A stretch of DNA of 64,000 nucleotides from contig JAZSRX010000008.1 of the NCBI GenBank assembly GCA_045538685.1, positions 1,982 to 65,981 on the forward strand, read 5' to 3'. This stretch comes from Eubacteriales bacterium (GTDB taxonomy: Bacteria > Bacillota > Clostridia > Oscillospirales > CAG-272). The notes beneath the pieces were generated by a model. That model saw nothing but the letters and a program-made list of their open reading frames with translations. It had not been told where the DNA came from and made no database searches. Position 1 is the first letter of the stretch. Each line of letters starts with the position of its first letter. The position numbers and the translations under genes were made by a program. Shown piece after piece: positions 38,215 to 49,334 of the stretch.

Positions 38215-39597
38215 TTAATCTACTTTTATCTGTCTTGCCCACTTTCCTCTGTGAACGAGGATAAGTCCGGGAAGCAATTTAAGATTTTCCACCACCAAAA
38301 CTATCGGCAGCATATAGTAGAACGAAAGGTCGGTGAGGTAAGAAAGCGATGCAACAACAGGCATAACCACAACCCAGGCATAAACACTGTCAAACAGCAT
38401 TGTGACAAGCACTCTGCCACCAGAGCGAATAGTGTAATAAGTTGAGGTCGCCAAAGCCGCCGCAGGCATTGTGAAGCCAAAGCAGGTCATTACAAAGCCC
38501 GAAAGAGAACGTACCGAGTCGGTTGTGTTGTAAAGCAAAGGGAACACACCTGAAAGTCCAATCTGAACACCCATCATACACATTCCCATAAATACCGCAA
38601 ATGCGAGAAGCTTTTTGTCTGCATCCTTCGCCTCCTCAATCTTGCCTGCACCAAGCAAATTACCAACGATAATTGCAATGGACGAGCTCAATGCAAAATA
38701 GGAAACACTAAGCAGATTTTGCAGTGTGAAGGAAATGTTCATTGCGGCAACAACGTCAAGACCGCGAGTGGAATAACACTGGTTGCTTACCGTAACCGAA
38801 AGCGACCAGAAAAGCTCGTTAAGAAGAATTGGTGTACCCTTTACCAAAACCTGTTTTATCAATGTCCCGGGAACTGTGAAATGCTTGAAAACACCAACAG
38901 CAAAGGGACATTTGGCATTATTTTTATGAGTCCAGATAACCAAAATAGCAAGTTCGGCATAGCGGGAAAGTGCGGTTGCTATTGCCGCACCCACAACACC
39001 AAGTGCGGGAAAGCCAAGAAGTCCGAAAATAAGAAGTGCATTAAACACAAAATTGGTTGCAATAGCCACAACACTTGCAACCATCGGAACAACGGTCTGT
39101 CCGGTTTCGCGAAGAGTTGAAGCATATACCTGAGAGAATGCAAAAGGAATAAGGCCTATCAGAATAAAAGCCAAATAATCCTTACCCGAAATAAAGGTTA
39201 ATTCAAGATTACCCTCTGTTCCTTCGTGAAGAAAGGTGTTTATCAGGTCTGAGCCAAAAAATCCCAGAACACCGACACCCACAATTCCGATCACAGCACA
39301 AATAACAAGCTTTATGCGAAGAGTGTGACGGACACCCTCAACATCTCCCCTGCCGTTAAACTGTGCGGTGAAAATTCCCGCACCCGAAATAGCACCAAAG
39401 ACAGCCAGATTAAATACGAAAATAAATTGGTTTACAATAGCAACACCCGACATTTGCTCTGTTCCCAGAGAACCAACCATAAGGTTGTCAAGCAGGTTTA
39501 CCAGGTTTGTAACCGCATTTTGAATTATCATTGGAAGGGCGATGGCTAATGTTCGTTTGTAAAATGCCCTATCGCCAATATACTTTTTTAAAATCAT
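38215..39597 (-). CDS. MATE family efflux transporter
   Basis: 460 aa with 12 TM helices and a MATE-like N-terminus (LAIALPMIIQNAVTNLVNLLDNLMVG). Confidence 0.8.
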   Translation of the reverse strand: MILKKYIGDRAFYKRTLAIALPMIIQNAVTNLVNLLDNLMVGSLGTEQMSGVAIVNQFIFVFNLAVFGAISGAGIFTAQFNGRGDVEGVRHTLRIKLVICAVIGIVGVGVLGFFGSDLINTFLHEGTEGNLELTFISGKDYLAFILIGLIPFAFSQVYASTLRETGQTVVPMVASVVAIATNFVFNALLIFGLLGFPALGVVGAAIATALSRYAELAILVIWTHKNNAKCPFAVGVFKHFTVPGTLIKQVLVKGTPILLNELFWSLSVTVSNQCYSTRGLDVVAAMNISFTLQNLLSVSYFALSSSIAIIVGNLLGAGKIEEAKDADKKLLAFAVFMGMCMMGVQIGLSGVFPLLYNTTDSVRSLSGFVMTCFGFTMPAAALATSTYYTIRSGGRVLVTMLFDSVYAWVVVMPVVASLSYLTDLSFYYMLPIVLVVENLKLLPGLILVHRGKWARQIKVD

Positions 39598-39724
39598 TAC
39601 TTTTCCTTTTTTCTTTTTTATAAGCTGTATTTTATCATATTATTTAAATAAAAGCAACACTAATTTGTAAAAAATATTTTTGCAAGAAATAAAAAACAAA
39701 AAATAAGAAGCAGAAAGAAAACAA

Positions 39725-39747
39725 AAAGACCTCCTAAAAAGGTCTTT
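39725..39747 (-). terminator. rho-independent terminator after the degV-family gene
   Basis: 8-bp stem aaagacct/aggtcttt. Confidence 0.6.
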
Positions 39748-39791
39748 TTGTTAAAATATGTAAAATACAGTTTGCATTTTTGTGATTTTTC

Positions 39792-40622
39792 TTAAATTTC
39801 GAAGCCCACAAGAAGCCCACCCTGCTCTGCATAGAAAGAGCAAAGTCCGCCTGCCATAAGAACATCAATCTTTGCATTAGGGAACTTTTCAAGTATCTTT
39901 GTTTTAAGAAGGTTGGTTGCAGTCATATTATTTGCGTGGTGAATTTTCACCCTGCCGCCGTTATAACCGTCACCAATCATATTGGCAAGCATATCATTTG
40001 CAGCATTGATAGGACCGCGAGACTTGCAAATCATTTCAAGAGTGCCCACCTCACTTGCTCTTCCTATTGCTCTGATACCAAGAATACCTGCCATTTTGGC
40101 AACGATGGGATTAACTCTGCCATTATTGGCAAGATTGGTCATATTTTCAAGTGCGAAAAGCAGTCTTGTATGATTATGATATTCGGTTATTTTTTCTTTA
40201 ACCGAGTTAAAATCATTGCCTTCGAGGATAAGATCGCGGATTTTTTCGATAAGAAGAGCATTTTCAGGGCCGGTAGAAAGACTGTCGATAACGTGAATAT
40301 TTCTGTCGGGGTGTTCTTCTTTATACTGATTTGCTGCAACGTGAGCAGCATTAAAGCTACCCGAAAGTCCGCTTGTTATGGTAATGCAAAAAACATTTTC
40401 ACTCTCACCGAATGCCTCTGTGTATTCACCAGAGCTGGGACAGGAGGAACGCGAGCGTCCTTTATACTGCTTCAAATCCGAGAGCATTTCCACAACGTCA
40501 AGTTTATCGTCGTCAACATATTCTTTATTATCGGTTATAATCTTAAGCGGAGCACTTGCAAAGGGAATGCCCTCAAGAGTTTTAATATCGGCAGAAGAGT
40601 CGGTTACTATTTTAAAATTCAT
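39792..40622 (-). CDS. DegV family fatty-acid-binding protein
   Basis: N-terminus MNFKIVTDSSADI and overall length are typical of DegV. Confidence 0.8.
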   Translation of the reverse strand: MNFKIVTDSSADIKTLEGIPFASAPLKIITDNKEYVDDDKLDVVEMLSDLKQYKGRSRSSCPSSGEYTEAFGESENVFCITITSGLSGSFNAAHVAANQYKEEHPDRNIHVIDSLSTGPENALLIEKIRDLILEGNDFNSVKEKITEYHNHTRLLFALENMTNLANNGRVNPIVAKMAGILGIRAIGRASEVGTLEMICKSRGPINAANDMLANMIGDGYNGGRVKIHHANNMTATNLLKTKILEKFPNAKIDVLMAGGLCSFYAEQGGLLVGFEI

Positions 40623-40749
40623 ATAAATTCTTCCTTTTTTTTCTGTTTTTTACACAGAAATTATACCATATTTTTCAAACTATGTCAATAATCAAAAAAT
40701 CTACCTACACTACCGAAGATTATTTTAGTTGAATGTGAACGAAAAAAAT

Positions 40750-41661
40750 CTAATTAACAGAGAGATATTTTTCTCCGCCGTCGGGGAAAATCATTACTGT
40801 TCTTTTTCCCTTGTTTTCTTTTTCTTTAGCTATTTTTATTCCGGAACAAAGTGCCGCACCCGAAGAATATCCCACGAGCAGTCCTTCTTTCAATCCCAAT
40901 ATTTTCTTACATTCTTTTGCTTCATCGGTTGAAACGGTTATTATTTCATCAACCGCATCTGCATCAAAAATAGAAGGAATAAATCCGGCTCCAATGCCAA
41001 AAATGCCGTGACTGCCTGCCCTGTTTCCTGATAAAACGGCAGACTCTCGGGGCTCGGTGGCTATTATTTTTACAGAAGCCGCTTTTTCCTTTAAAAACCG
41101 CCCTGCTCCGCTGACCGTTCCTCCGCTGCCAACGCCTGCAATAAGAAAATCAACCCTTCCGTTCATATCAAAATAAATTTCCGGGCCTGTGGTATAATAA
41201 TGTGCCATTAAATTCTGCGTATTGGTAAACTGAGACGGCATAAAGCCATTTTTATTTTCAGACAAAAGCTCTTTCGCCCTTTCAACCGAGCCGGACATTC
41301 CCATTGCACCGTCGGTAAAAATCACCTCGCCGCCGTATTCCCTAATCATTTTTGCCCTCTCTCGAGTCATATTGCTTGGCATAACGATAACAGAACGGTA
41401 ACCGAATACAGAGGAAAGCATTGAGAGCGATATTCCCATATTTCCGCTTGTGGGCTCAATAACCGTAGTTTTGTCGGAGATAAGTCCTCTGTCAGCCGCA
41501 TCTTTTATCATAAAAAAGGCAGCCCTGTCCTTTACAGAACCCGAAGGGTTATACATTTCAAGCTTTGCATAAAGCTCGGCGGCTATGCCAAAATATTTTT
41601 CTATTTCAAGAAGTCTGATAATGGGTGTTTTTCCTATAAGCTTGCTTACATTATTTTTCAT
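40750..41661 (-). CDS. cysK: cysteine synthase family PLP enzyme
   Basis: Motifs NPSGSVKDRAA, GNMGISL, GSGGTVSG. The start could instead be the upstream TTG at 41691. Confidence 0.8.
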   Translation of the reverse strand: MKNNVSKLIGKTPIIRLLEIEKYFGIAAELYAKLEMYNPSGSVKDRAAFFMIKDAADRGLISDKTTVIEPTSGNMGISLSMLSSVFGYRSVIVMPSNMTRERAKMIREYGGEVIFTDGAMGMSGSVERAKELLSENKNGFMPSQFTNTQNLMAHYYTTGPEIYFDMNGRVDFLIAGVGSGGTVSGAGRFLKEKAASVKIIATEPRESAVLSGNRAGSHGIFGIGAGFIPSIFDADAVDEIITVSTDEAKECKKILGLKEGLLVGYSSGAALCSGIKIAKEKENKGKRTVMIFPDGGEKYLSVN

Positions 41662-41761
41662 TTCTTTATTTTTCTTCCTTTTGGTAATCAAATCATTGAC
41701 AAATCATCTCTCTTTGATATATAATATACATACTAAATAAAAAATATTAAAGGAATTTAAA

Positions 41762-43936
41762 ATGAAAATAATTAAGAGAAACGGAGCAGAGGTCGCCTTT
41801 GACAAAAGCAAAATATATTCGGCTGTTTGTAAGGCAAATGATGCGGTAGATCCCTCTCATCGCATAACCCAGAAGCAAATAGCTGAAATAACCGACCGTG
41901 TTACCGAAAAATGCGAAAAGCTTTTGCGTCCGACCGAAGTTGAAGAAATACAGGATATGGTTGAAAGAGAGATAATGTCTCTCGGTGCATTTACTCTTGC
42001 AAAAACCTATATTACATACAGATATACAAGAGATCTTGTGCGTAAGTCCAATACAACAGACGAGCGAATTATGTCTCTTATAGAATGTTCAAACGAGGAA
42101 ATCAAACAGGAAAATTCCAACAAAAATCCCACCGTAAACAGCATTCAGCGTGACTATATGGCAGGCGAGGTTTCGAAAGATCTAACACGAAGAATTTTGC
42201 TTCCGCCCGATATTGTAAAGGCACACGAGGACGGACTTATCCACTTCCACGATGCCGATTATTTCGCTCAGCATATGCACAACTGCGACCTTGTAAACCT
42301 GGAAGATATGCTTCAGAACGGTACGGTTATCAGCGGAACACTTATTGAAAAGCCCAAGAGCTTCGCCACCACCTACAACATTGCAACACAGATTATCGCA
42401 CAGGTTGCATCAAATCAGTACGGCGGTCAGTCCATAAGTCTTACTCATCTTGCTCCATTTGTAGACATCAGCAGAAAGAAGATTCATAAGCGAGTAGTTG
42501 AAGAGTTCAGCAATGCAGGAATTAACTGCACCGATGAGCAGATTGACAGGGTGACAGATATTCGTCTGCGTGAAGAAATAAACCGCGGTGTGCAGTGTAT
42601 TCAGTATCAGGTTGTAACCCTGCTTACCACCAACGGACAGGCACCCTTTATCACCGTATTTATGTATCTTGGCGAAGCGAAGGATGAGCAAACAAAGGCA
42701 GACCTTGCCCTGATAATAGAAGAGGTTCTTAATCAACGTATTCAGGGTGTTAAAAATGAAAAGGGTGTGTGGGTAACACCTGCATTCCCGAAGCTTATTT
42801 ATGTGCTTGAAGAAGAAAACATAAACCCCGATTCAAAATACTATTATCTGACAAAGCTGGCGGCAAAATGTACGGCAAAACGTATGGTTCCCGACTACAT
42901 TTCCGAGAAAATCATGCTTCAGAACAAGATTGACAAAAACGGTGACGGTCAGTGTTATACCTGTATGGGTTGCCGTTCCTTCCTTACACCCTATGTTGAC
43001 GAAAACGGAAAGCCCAAGTATTACGGCAGATTTAATCAGGGTGTTGTTACCGTTAATCTTGTTGATATCGGCCTTAGTGCCGAGGGTGATATGGACAGAT
43101 TCAGAAGAATTTTTGACGAGCGAATGGAGCTTTGTCACAGGGCACTTCGCTGCCGTCACGAAAGACTGCTTGGTACAACATCTGATGCCGCACCTATCCT
43201 TTGGCAATACGGAGCACTGACACGACTGAAATCCGGAGAAAAAATTGATAACTACCTTTACGGCGGATATTCCACACTTTCTCTCGGATATGCAGGCCTT
43301 TGGGAGTGTGTTCTCTCTCTTTCGGGCAAAAAGCTGACCGATCCCGAGGGAGAAGCTCTCGGCCTTGAAATAATGAGAATGTTGAACTCCTACACAGCAA
43401 AGTGGAAGGCGGCTGAAAACATTGACTATTCGCTTTACGGAACTCCTCTTGAAAGTACCACATACAAGTTTGCAAAATGCCTGCAAAACCGTTTTGGCAT
43501 TGTTAAGGGAATCACCGATAAAACATATATCACCAACTCCTATCACGTTCACGTTACCGAGGAAATTGATGCCTTTGAAAAGCTTTCGCTTGAAGCAAAA
43601 TTCCAGGCACTTTCTCCCGGCGGTGCAATCTCTTACGTTGAGGTTCCCGATATGCAAAACAACATCGAAGCAGTGCTTGACGTTATGAGGTATATATACG
43701 ACCATATTATGTATGCCGAGCTTAACACCAAGAGCGACTACTGCCAGTGCTGCGGATATGACGGTGAAATTTTGGTTGTTGAGGATTCAGGCAAACTTCT
43801 TTGGGAGTGCCCCAACTGTCACAACCGCGATCAAACCAAAATGAACGTGGCAAGACGAACCTGCGGTTACATCGGTACACAGTACTGGAACCAGGGACGA
43901 ACAAGCGAAATCAAGGACAGAGTATTGCATCTGTAA
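41762..43936 (+). CDS. nrdD: anaerobic ribonucleoside-triphosphate reductase
   Basis: N-terminal ATP-cone. C-terminal Zn motif (CQCCG..CPNCH) and glycyl-radical motif RRTCGYIG. Confidence 0.95.
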   Translation: MKIIKRNGAEVAFDKSKIYSAVCKANDAVDPSHRITQKQIAEITDRVTEKCEKLLRPTEVEEIQDMVEREIMSLGAFTLAKTYITYRYTRDLVRKSNTTDERIMSLIECSNEEIKQENSNKNPTVNSIQRDYMAGEVSKDLTRRILLPPDIVKAHEDGLIHFHDADYFAQHMHNCDLVNLEDMLQNGTVISGTLIEKPKSFATTYNIATQIIAQVASNQYGGQSISLTHLAPFVDISRKKIHKRVVEEFSNAGINCTDEQIDRVTDIRLREEINRGVQCIQYQVVTLLTTNGQAPFITVFMYLGEAKDEQTKADLALIIEEVLNQRIQGVKNEKGVWVTPAFPKLIYVLEEENINPDSKYYYLTKLAAKCTAKRMVPDYISEKIMLQNKIDKNGDGQCYTCMGCRSFLTPYVDENGKPKYYGRFNQGVVTVNLVDIGLSAEGDMDRFRRIFDERMELCHRALRCRHERLLGTTSDAAPILWQYGALTRLKSGEKIDNYLYGGYSTLSLGYAGLWECVLSLSGKKLTDPEGEALGLEIMRMLNSYTAKWKAAENIDYSLYGTPLESTTYKFAKCLQNRFGIVKGITDKTYITNSYHVHVTEEIDAFEKLSLEAKFQALSPGGAISYVEVPDMQNNIEAVLDVMRYIYDHIMYAELNTKSDYCQCCGYDGEILVVEDSGKLLWECPNCHNRDQTKMNVARRTCGYIGTQYWNQGRTSEIKDRVLHL

Positions 43937-44021
43937 TTACTTTTTTGTAAACTATAATTGTCATATCATTACATTTTAAGCATTTCCCCTTTTATTAACT
44001 ACAATTTTAAAGGAGATAAAA

Positions 44022-44786
44022 ATGAAAAGAGCAATTTCACTCTTACTCATCTTTTGCATTATTCTTACAAATCTTGTAATCCTTACATCCTGCTTCCATT
44101 TTTGCAAATTCTCTGAGGAATGGACACACGACGGTGAAAACCACTGGCATGCCTGCACGAATTCAAAATGTACTGAGGTAGAAGGTCTTCAGAAGCACAG
44201 TTTCGACGCAGGTGAGATTACCTCAACGGCAACACAAGAGGCAGACGGTGTTATGACCTACACCTGCTCGGTTTGTAACGCCAAGAAGGAATCTCCCATT
44301 CTCTTCAACGGCCTTGACCAGACGGAATGGGACGCCGCCTTTGCTGAGGATAACTTTATCAACTTTACTTACAAGGAAAGAGCATACGTCGATGCACAGA
44401 ACGTTTCAGCATCTGCCATCAGTCTGGTTATCTACAAATTCACCGAGGATAAAGTCCACGTATCAATAACCTCAGGCGGTGTAACCAAGACCGACTCCGC
44501 CACAGGTCCCCTTGCTGAGACAACCAGAGCAAATCTGGTAAAGTCCATACAGGATATGCTGAAGCACGGTAGCTTTACCTATGACAGAGAGACCAAGACC
44601 TATACTCTTACAGGTACAATGAAGATCGAATCCCTGGGTGTCAATGCTAAAAGTGCCACCCTTACCTTCAAAGACGGCAAACCCGAGAAGCTTGTTTACA
44701 CCTGTGTAATCAAGAGAAACGGACTCTCTATGGATTGCGAATCCACCGTTACATTTGCTGATTTCGGAACTACCGTTGTCAACTGA
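44022..44786 (+). CDS. hypothetical lipoprotein
   Basis: Signal peptide/lipobox (LVILTSC) and a Cys/His-rich N-terminal module. Confidence 0.55.
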   Translation: MKRAISLLLIFCIILTNLVILTSCFHFCKFSEEWTHDGENHWHACTNSKCTEVEGLQKHSFDAGEITSTATQEADGVMTYTCSVCNAKKESPILFNGLDQTEWDAAFAEDNFINFTYKERAYVDAQNVSASAISLVIYKFTEDKVHVSITSGGVTKTDSATGPLAETTRANLVKSIQDMLKHGSFTYDRETKTYTLTGTMKIESLGVNAKSATLTFKDGKPEKLVYTCVIKRNGLSMDCESTVTFADFGTTVVN

Positions 44787-44887
44787 CGAAATGTTTGAAT
44801 TAGACATTTGCATCAAAAAGCAAAAAATACATAAAAAAGCACCTACGGTGTGGAGAAAATCCTGCCGTAAGTGCTTTTTTGGTTTAA

Positions 44888-45085
44888 TTATTGATTCATA
44901 TTATGCATCATATCCGAGTCATTTTTCATTCTGCCAAACATACTTGACACAGAATGTACCTTACAGTGACAAATATTCTTTACCTTCTCGCTGATACTCA
45001 ACACTCCCAAAGTAGCAAGACCGATTACTGTAAGAGTTGCGTAAGGATGTCGCAAAATATTACCCTTTTTGTTATTAAACATCAT
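44888..45085 (-). CDS. small hypothetical membrane protein
   Basis: 65 aa with AGGAGA upstream, one TM helix (ATLTVIGLATLGVLSI) and a terminator downstream. Confidence 0.45.
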   Translation of the reverse strand: MMFNNKKGNILRHPYATLTVIGLATLGVLSISEKVKNICHCKVHSVSSMFGRMKNDSDMMHNMNQ

Positions 45086-45266
45086 ATATCTCCTTTTTTA
45101 GAGTTAATTATATTTTTACCGCAGGATTAAAAAATATTTATATCATTGACAAAACTTTAATATTGTTGTAAAATAAAAAATGAAAAGGGCGGTTTTTGAG
45201 TTTCAACCGCAATCGAGATATTTTGGGAGGAAATTCAGCTTATTTCCTCTCAGAAAGGAATGAACA

Positions 45267-47021
45267 ATGATCAGATGTAAAGGATGCGGAAAAGAAAATC
45301 CAAAATATGAGATTTCCTGCCCGAAGTGCGGCTCCTCACCCGAGCTGACCGAGCTTGAATGTGCGAATTTATTAAAAGAGGCAGAAGAAAAAATCCAAAG
45401 AAACGACTTTGTTTCTGCGGTGGATATATACAAATTTTTAGCTGCTGCCGGTTCTGCCGACGGAGAACGAGAGCTTGGTATCATCCTTGAAAAAGGAGTT
45501 TTAGTTCCACGGGATCTTGATATGGCGACGCAGTATTACTGTTCGGCTGCAAAGCGTGGCGATGCTTTCTCGGCATACAAATATTCAAGACTTGTTGTAG
45601 GAAATGAGTCGGTGGCGGATTTTTGGCTTGCATACTCTGCACTTATGGGATGTAAAGAATCCTATCCCGACGCATTTACTCTTTATACCGGTTACAGGGA
45701 AAGATCGACGGCGGCATACTATTGCTCGCTTCTTGCCGAAGAAGGTGACACCGATGCTATAATTGAAATGGCACGCAGACATCTTTACGGCGACGGAGTT
45801 TTACAAAACGAAAGAATGGCAAAGTGGTATATGGACAGAATAGAACGTCCTCCGCTTCACGCAATAAAGCTTCACAGGCGACTTCAAGCTGTAACAGGCA
45901 GATCTATCCGCCCCGAACCTCCGAAATTTACAGAGAGAAACAAGGTAATAGAACGCCTTATTGCAACGTCGAAAAGGTTAGGATATAATCATATTCTTAT
46001 TTCACTTTGCAAAACGTACTCTCAAAACGGAAGCTGTGACTCGGGTGTATTTCTTGCTTTATTACATATCGAGGGTATTGAGTTCCAGCAAAATACAGAG
46101 CTTGGAATTTCAATGCTTGAAGAGGCAATGAGAGCCGGATCTGTTCTAGGTACAAAGTGCCTCGGCGATCTGTATGCCAGGGGCGATCACGTAGAACAGG
46201 ACTGTCGGAAGGCCACACAGTATTACAGACGTGCGGCAGAGCTTGGCGGACTTAGCGAATGCGAGAGTCTTGGAGATATTTTCCACAAAGGACTTATCAC
46301 CGAGCCGGACTATGCCCTCGCAATCTCACTCTACGAAAGAGGAGCTGCGGCAGGCGATTTCGGCTGTCAGAGAAAGCTTAAAATGATGCAGGAAGAGCGA
46401 GAGAGAAATTATGTTGAGGCAACAAAGCTTGAACGAAGCTCTCCCGATGTGGCATTTACACTTTTCAAAAAATCGGTTGATGCAGGTTACTTGCCCGCCC
46501 ACGCAAGAATTGGCTGGTATTATGAACGGGGAATCGGCACAAAGATAGACCGCAAGGCAGCTTTTTATCACTACAAGTCGGCATACGATGCAGGTGACAA
46601 GAGGGCGGTTGAAAATCTTGGAAGATGCTATGCAAGAGGTATCGGCACAGCATTTGACTTTGAAAAGGCATCGAAGCTTCTTTCTGTTGCACGGGAGATG
46701 GGCTCTCATTCGGCAGACAAAGAGCTGTATCGCATATATGAAAACAAAAAGAAGCATATGGTTCGCTCGCTTTACTCAACCGCTATGCGACTTTACTACA
46801 ACAAAAAATACGACTTGGCCCGCGAGAAGCTTGAAGTTTGTATGCGGCTTGGACTTGGAGAAGCGACCTACTCTATCGGTTGCCTTTACGAATTCGGCAT
46901 AACAACCCCTCCCGACAGAAAAATAGCACTTCGTTTCTACAAAAAAGCATATGAACAGGGCTACGGCGATCCAAGACAGTATCACAAGCAAAGTATGCTT
47001 CGCATCTGGAAACAGGCATAA
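45267..47021 (+). CDS. Sel1-like repeat protein with an N-terminal zinc ribbon
   Basis: CKGCG..CPKCG at the N-terminus. Many Sel1 repeats of the form A..YY..AA..GD..A...LG..Y..G. Confidence 0.7.
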   Translation: MIRCKGCGKENPKYEISCPKCGSSPELTELECANLLKEAEEKIQRNDFVSAVDIYKFLAAAGSADGERELGIILEKGVLVPRDLDMATQYYCSAAKRGDAFSAYKYSRLVVGNESVADFWLAYSALMGCKESYPDAFTLYTGYRERSTAAYYCSLLAEEGDTDAIIEMARRHLYGDGVLQNERMAKWYMDRIERPPLHAIKLHRRLQAVTGRSIRPEPPKFTERNKVIERLIATSKRLGYNHILISLCKTYSQNGSCDSGVFLALLHIEGIEFQQNTELGISMLEEAMRAGSVLGTKCLGDLYARGDHVEQDCRKATQYYRRAAELGGLSECESLGDIFHKGLITEPDYALAISLYERGAAAGDFGCQRKLKMMQEERERNYVEATKLERSSPDVAFTLFKKSVDAGYLPAHARIGWYYERGIGTKIDRKAAFYHYKSAYDAGDKRAVENLGRCYARGIGTAFDFEKASKLLSVAREMGSHSADKELYRIYENKKKHMVRSLYSTAMRLYYNKKYDLAREKLEVCMRLGLGEATYSIGCLYEFGITTPPDRKIALRFYKKAYEQGYGDPRQYHKQSMLRIWKQA

Positions 47022-47046
47022 TTTTTGTTTTTATTAATAAAATTCA

Positions 47047-47080
47047 AGAGACCGTCTCAAAGCGAGACGGTCTCTTTTTC
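47047..47080. terminator. bidirectional rho-independent terminator
   Basis: 12-bp stem agagaccgtctc/gagacggtctct, followed by a T-run. Confidence 0.85.
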
Positions 47081-47092
47081 TACATTATTTAA

Positions 47093-48760
47093 TTACTTAT
47101 CCTGGGGGTAAGAACGTCTGTCATCAAGAGTGCTTACCTCGGGCCATGTGATAATGGTCTTTGCAAGAATGGTGTAGTATGTTCTGATGGTGAAATATTC
47201 CTCATCAAAGTTTGCATATAGATCTTTTTTGCAATCCTCTACAAGCTGCTGGTATTCCTGCTCGGTGTAATCGTCCTTACTCTTACCGATGTACTGAAGG
47301 TACTGAGCAACATATTCATCAAGATATTCCTGACGAACCTTGTCATACTCCTTCTTGAAATCTGCATCGGAAGGAGCAAGTCCCTCTGCTTTAAGGATGT
47401 AGAACATTGTCATTCTTTCCTTAATGTAGCTCTGTGCCTGAGCATAAACAACATCCTTCCAGTTTTCACCGGTCTTTGCGTTTACATATACGGTAGCATA
47501 TGCGTCAAAGGAGGTGTAGGTCTTATACTGACCGAGAGCTTGGTTGTATATCTGACCGCCGGAAGTAGAGAACTGGTATTCCATTTCTCTGATATAATCA
47601 TCATAAATTTCCTGAACCTTGTCAGCGGGATACTGCTTTGCCTTAGAGATTTCATCAAAGTAAAGCCAAGCTTCTGATTCTACAAGAGCATCATACTCTT
47701 CCTTGTAGATTTCCATCATTGTCTTCATTGCGAAATCACGGTACTTGTCGGTGAGAGAATCACCCTTACAAGCATTAAGCTCTTCAAGAGTAACGTTAAT
47801 CTCGCCGTCCTCTATCTTCTCTTTAAGATATGTGTCGGTAAACTCGGGAGCTGTATATGCCTCAAGCTTTTCAACATATACCTCGAACTTAGCATCCTCG
47901 TTACGAAGGTCTTCCTTCTGATAATCATAGGGGAAGTATGCATCAATAACGATAGGATTGGTCTCGCACTCGGTGAAGAAGTTAAGGGTTACATCCTTAT
48001 AATTATACTTCTTATCACCAACCGCACCAACAAACTCAACCTTGTCACCAAACTTGAGATTAAGGATTTTTGCCTTGAAGCCAAGGCCATAAATTGCATC
48101 AAGGTCCTCGGAGAGATCAAGTCTTACATTGCTCTCGGTAACCTTTGTGCTGCTGTCATCATTTGTAGTTTTGGTATAGGTAACGTATGCTATCTTGCTT
48201 TCGTCAAGAGTACCGCTGGTAATCTTTTCAAACTTAGAATAATCAGAGGGCTTGTGACCTATAAGATTAAGCTCAAAACCGGGAATAAAGCTGTTAGAAC
48301 CGATTTCGAGAGTGTAAGCGGATGCACCGCCAAAGTTACACATACCGGGAACGGCAATTTCCTTACCGTCATCGCCGATAAGATAACCGCGATACCATAT
48401 TTTTACAACGTCACCGGCACTGATCTCTGCAATTTTACTTGCATCACCGCCGCCATAAAGAGGGGTCTTGTCCTTATCTGCACAAAGCATATTGAGAATT
48501 GCAACCTCAACGTCGATTTCACGGGGCTCGGCAATGTCAATCTCAACCTTGAAATTCTTGTAATCGGGAGTAGTAAACTCGATATATTGAGAAAGATCTG
48601 CAGTCATATAGTCAAATTCAGGAGTTTTATTATTGTTTTTCTTACATCCAACACTAAAAAGAAGAACAGAAGCGATGGTTGCAAGAAGCAGCACGAAGCT
48701 GATTAAAGAAGAAATAGGTCTTCTTTTGTTTTCTCTGTTTGTATTTATGTTTTTACTCAT
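47093..48760 (-). CDS. lipoprotein with a trigger-factor/FKBP-type PPIase-like domain
   Basis: Lipobox LLFSVGC. Segment GDVVKIWYRGY..FGGASAYTLEIGSNSFIPGFELNLIGHK resembles the trigger factor PPIase domain. Confidence 0.5.
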   Translation of the reverse strand: MSKNINTNRENKRRPISSLISFVLLLATIASVLLFSVGCKKNNNKTPEFDYMTADLSQYIEFTTPDYKNFKVEIDIAEPREIDVEVAILNMLCADKDKTPLYGGGDASKIAEISAGDVVKIWYRGYLIGDDGKEIAVPGMCNFGGASAYTLEIGSNSFIPGFELNLIGHKPSDYSKFEKITSGTLDESKIAYVTYTKTTNDDSSTKVTESNVRLDLSEDLDAIYGLGFKAKILNLKFGDKVEFVGAVGDKKYNYKDVTLNFFTECETNPIVIDAYFPYDYQKEDLRNEDAKFEVYVEKLEAYTAPEFTDTYLKEKIEDGEINVTLEELNACKGDSLTDKYRDFAMKTMMEIYKEEYDALVESEAWLYFDEISKAKQYPADKVQEIYDDYIREMEYQFSTSGGQIYNQALGQYKTYTSFDAYATVYVNAKTGENWKDVVYAQAQSYIKERMTMFYILKAEGLAPSDADFKKEYDKVRQEYLDEYVAQYLQYIGKSKDDYTEQEYQQLVEDCKKDLYANFDEEYFTIRTYYTILAKTIITWPEVSTLDDRRSYPQDK

Positions 48761-48792
48761 CTTGGCAAAAACCTTTCATTATAATATAATAG

Positions 48793-49227
48793 TTATTCAA
48801 ACGAATCGGCAAAAGCGGTAGCCAGCCGATCGCATCTTTCGTTGTAATCGTGACCGTTATGTCCCTTAACCCACACAAAAGTAACCTTATGTGTTTCGGT
48901 AAGCGAATAAAGTCGCTCCCAAAGGTCGGGGTTTTTCAGTTCATCTCTTCCACGTCTCCAGCCCGCCGCATGCCAGGAGTGAACCCACCCCTGCAAATAG
49001 GCATCAACCAGATATTTGGAATCCGAATAAAGAGTTACCTCGCAGGGCTCTTTCAAAGCCGAAAGTCCCTCGATAGCGGCGGTAAGCTCCATACGGTTAT
49101 TGGTTGTAAGAGGATCTCCGCCCGACAGCTCTTTTTCATAGACACCGTAAACGAGAACAGCTCCCCAACCACCCTTTCCGGGATTACCGCGGCAAGCACC
49201 GTCGGTATAAATATCAACCTTTTTCAT
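48793..49227 (-). CDS. rnhA: ribonuclease HI
   Basis: Motifs [41 protein letters not shown]. Confidence 0.9.
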   Translation of the reverse strand: MKKVDIYTDGACRGNPGKGGWGAVLVYGVYEKELSGGDPLTTNNRMELTAAIEGLSALKEPCEVTLYSDSKYLVDAYLQGWVHSWHAAGWRRGRDELKNPDLWERLYSLTETHKVTFVWVKGHNGHDYNERCDRLATAFADSFE

Positions 49228-49267
49228 TTTGATAAAACGGGATATCCCTTTCTTCTTTTATCAAAAA

Positions 49268-49290
49268 ACGGACGAAGAATCTTCGTCCGT
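49268..49290 (-). terminator. rho-independent terminator
   Basis: 10-bp stem acggacgaag/cttcgtccgt, flanked by an A-run and a T-run. Confidence 0.75.
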
Positions 49291-49334
49291 TTTTATTTGG
49301 TCATTGTTCTGCAGGACGGCAGAACGTAAAGATA

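Noticed and set aside
41692-41761. NrdR boxes were expected in the nrdD promoter region.
   Set aside because: The AT-rich segment gatatataatatac is only weakly palindromic, and I could not identify two properly spaced 16-bp NrdR-like boxes. It is better explained as the -10 region of the nrdD promoter.
43937-44021. The nrdG activase gene was expected immediately downstream of nrdD.
   Set aside because: The next gene is an unrelated lipoprotein and there is no radical-SAM ORF nearby. nrdG is presumably encoded elsewhere, so this is noted as an absence within the window only.
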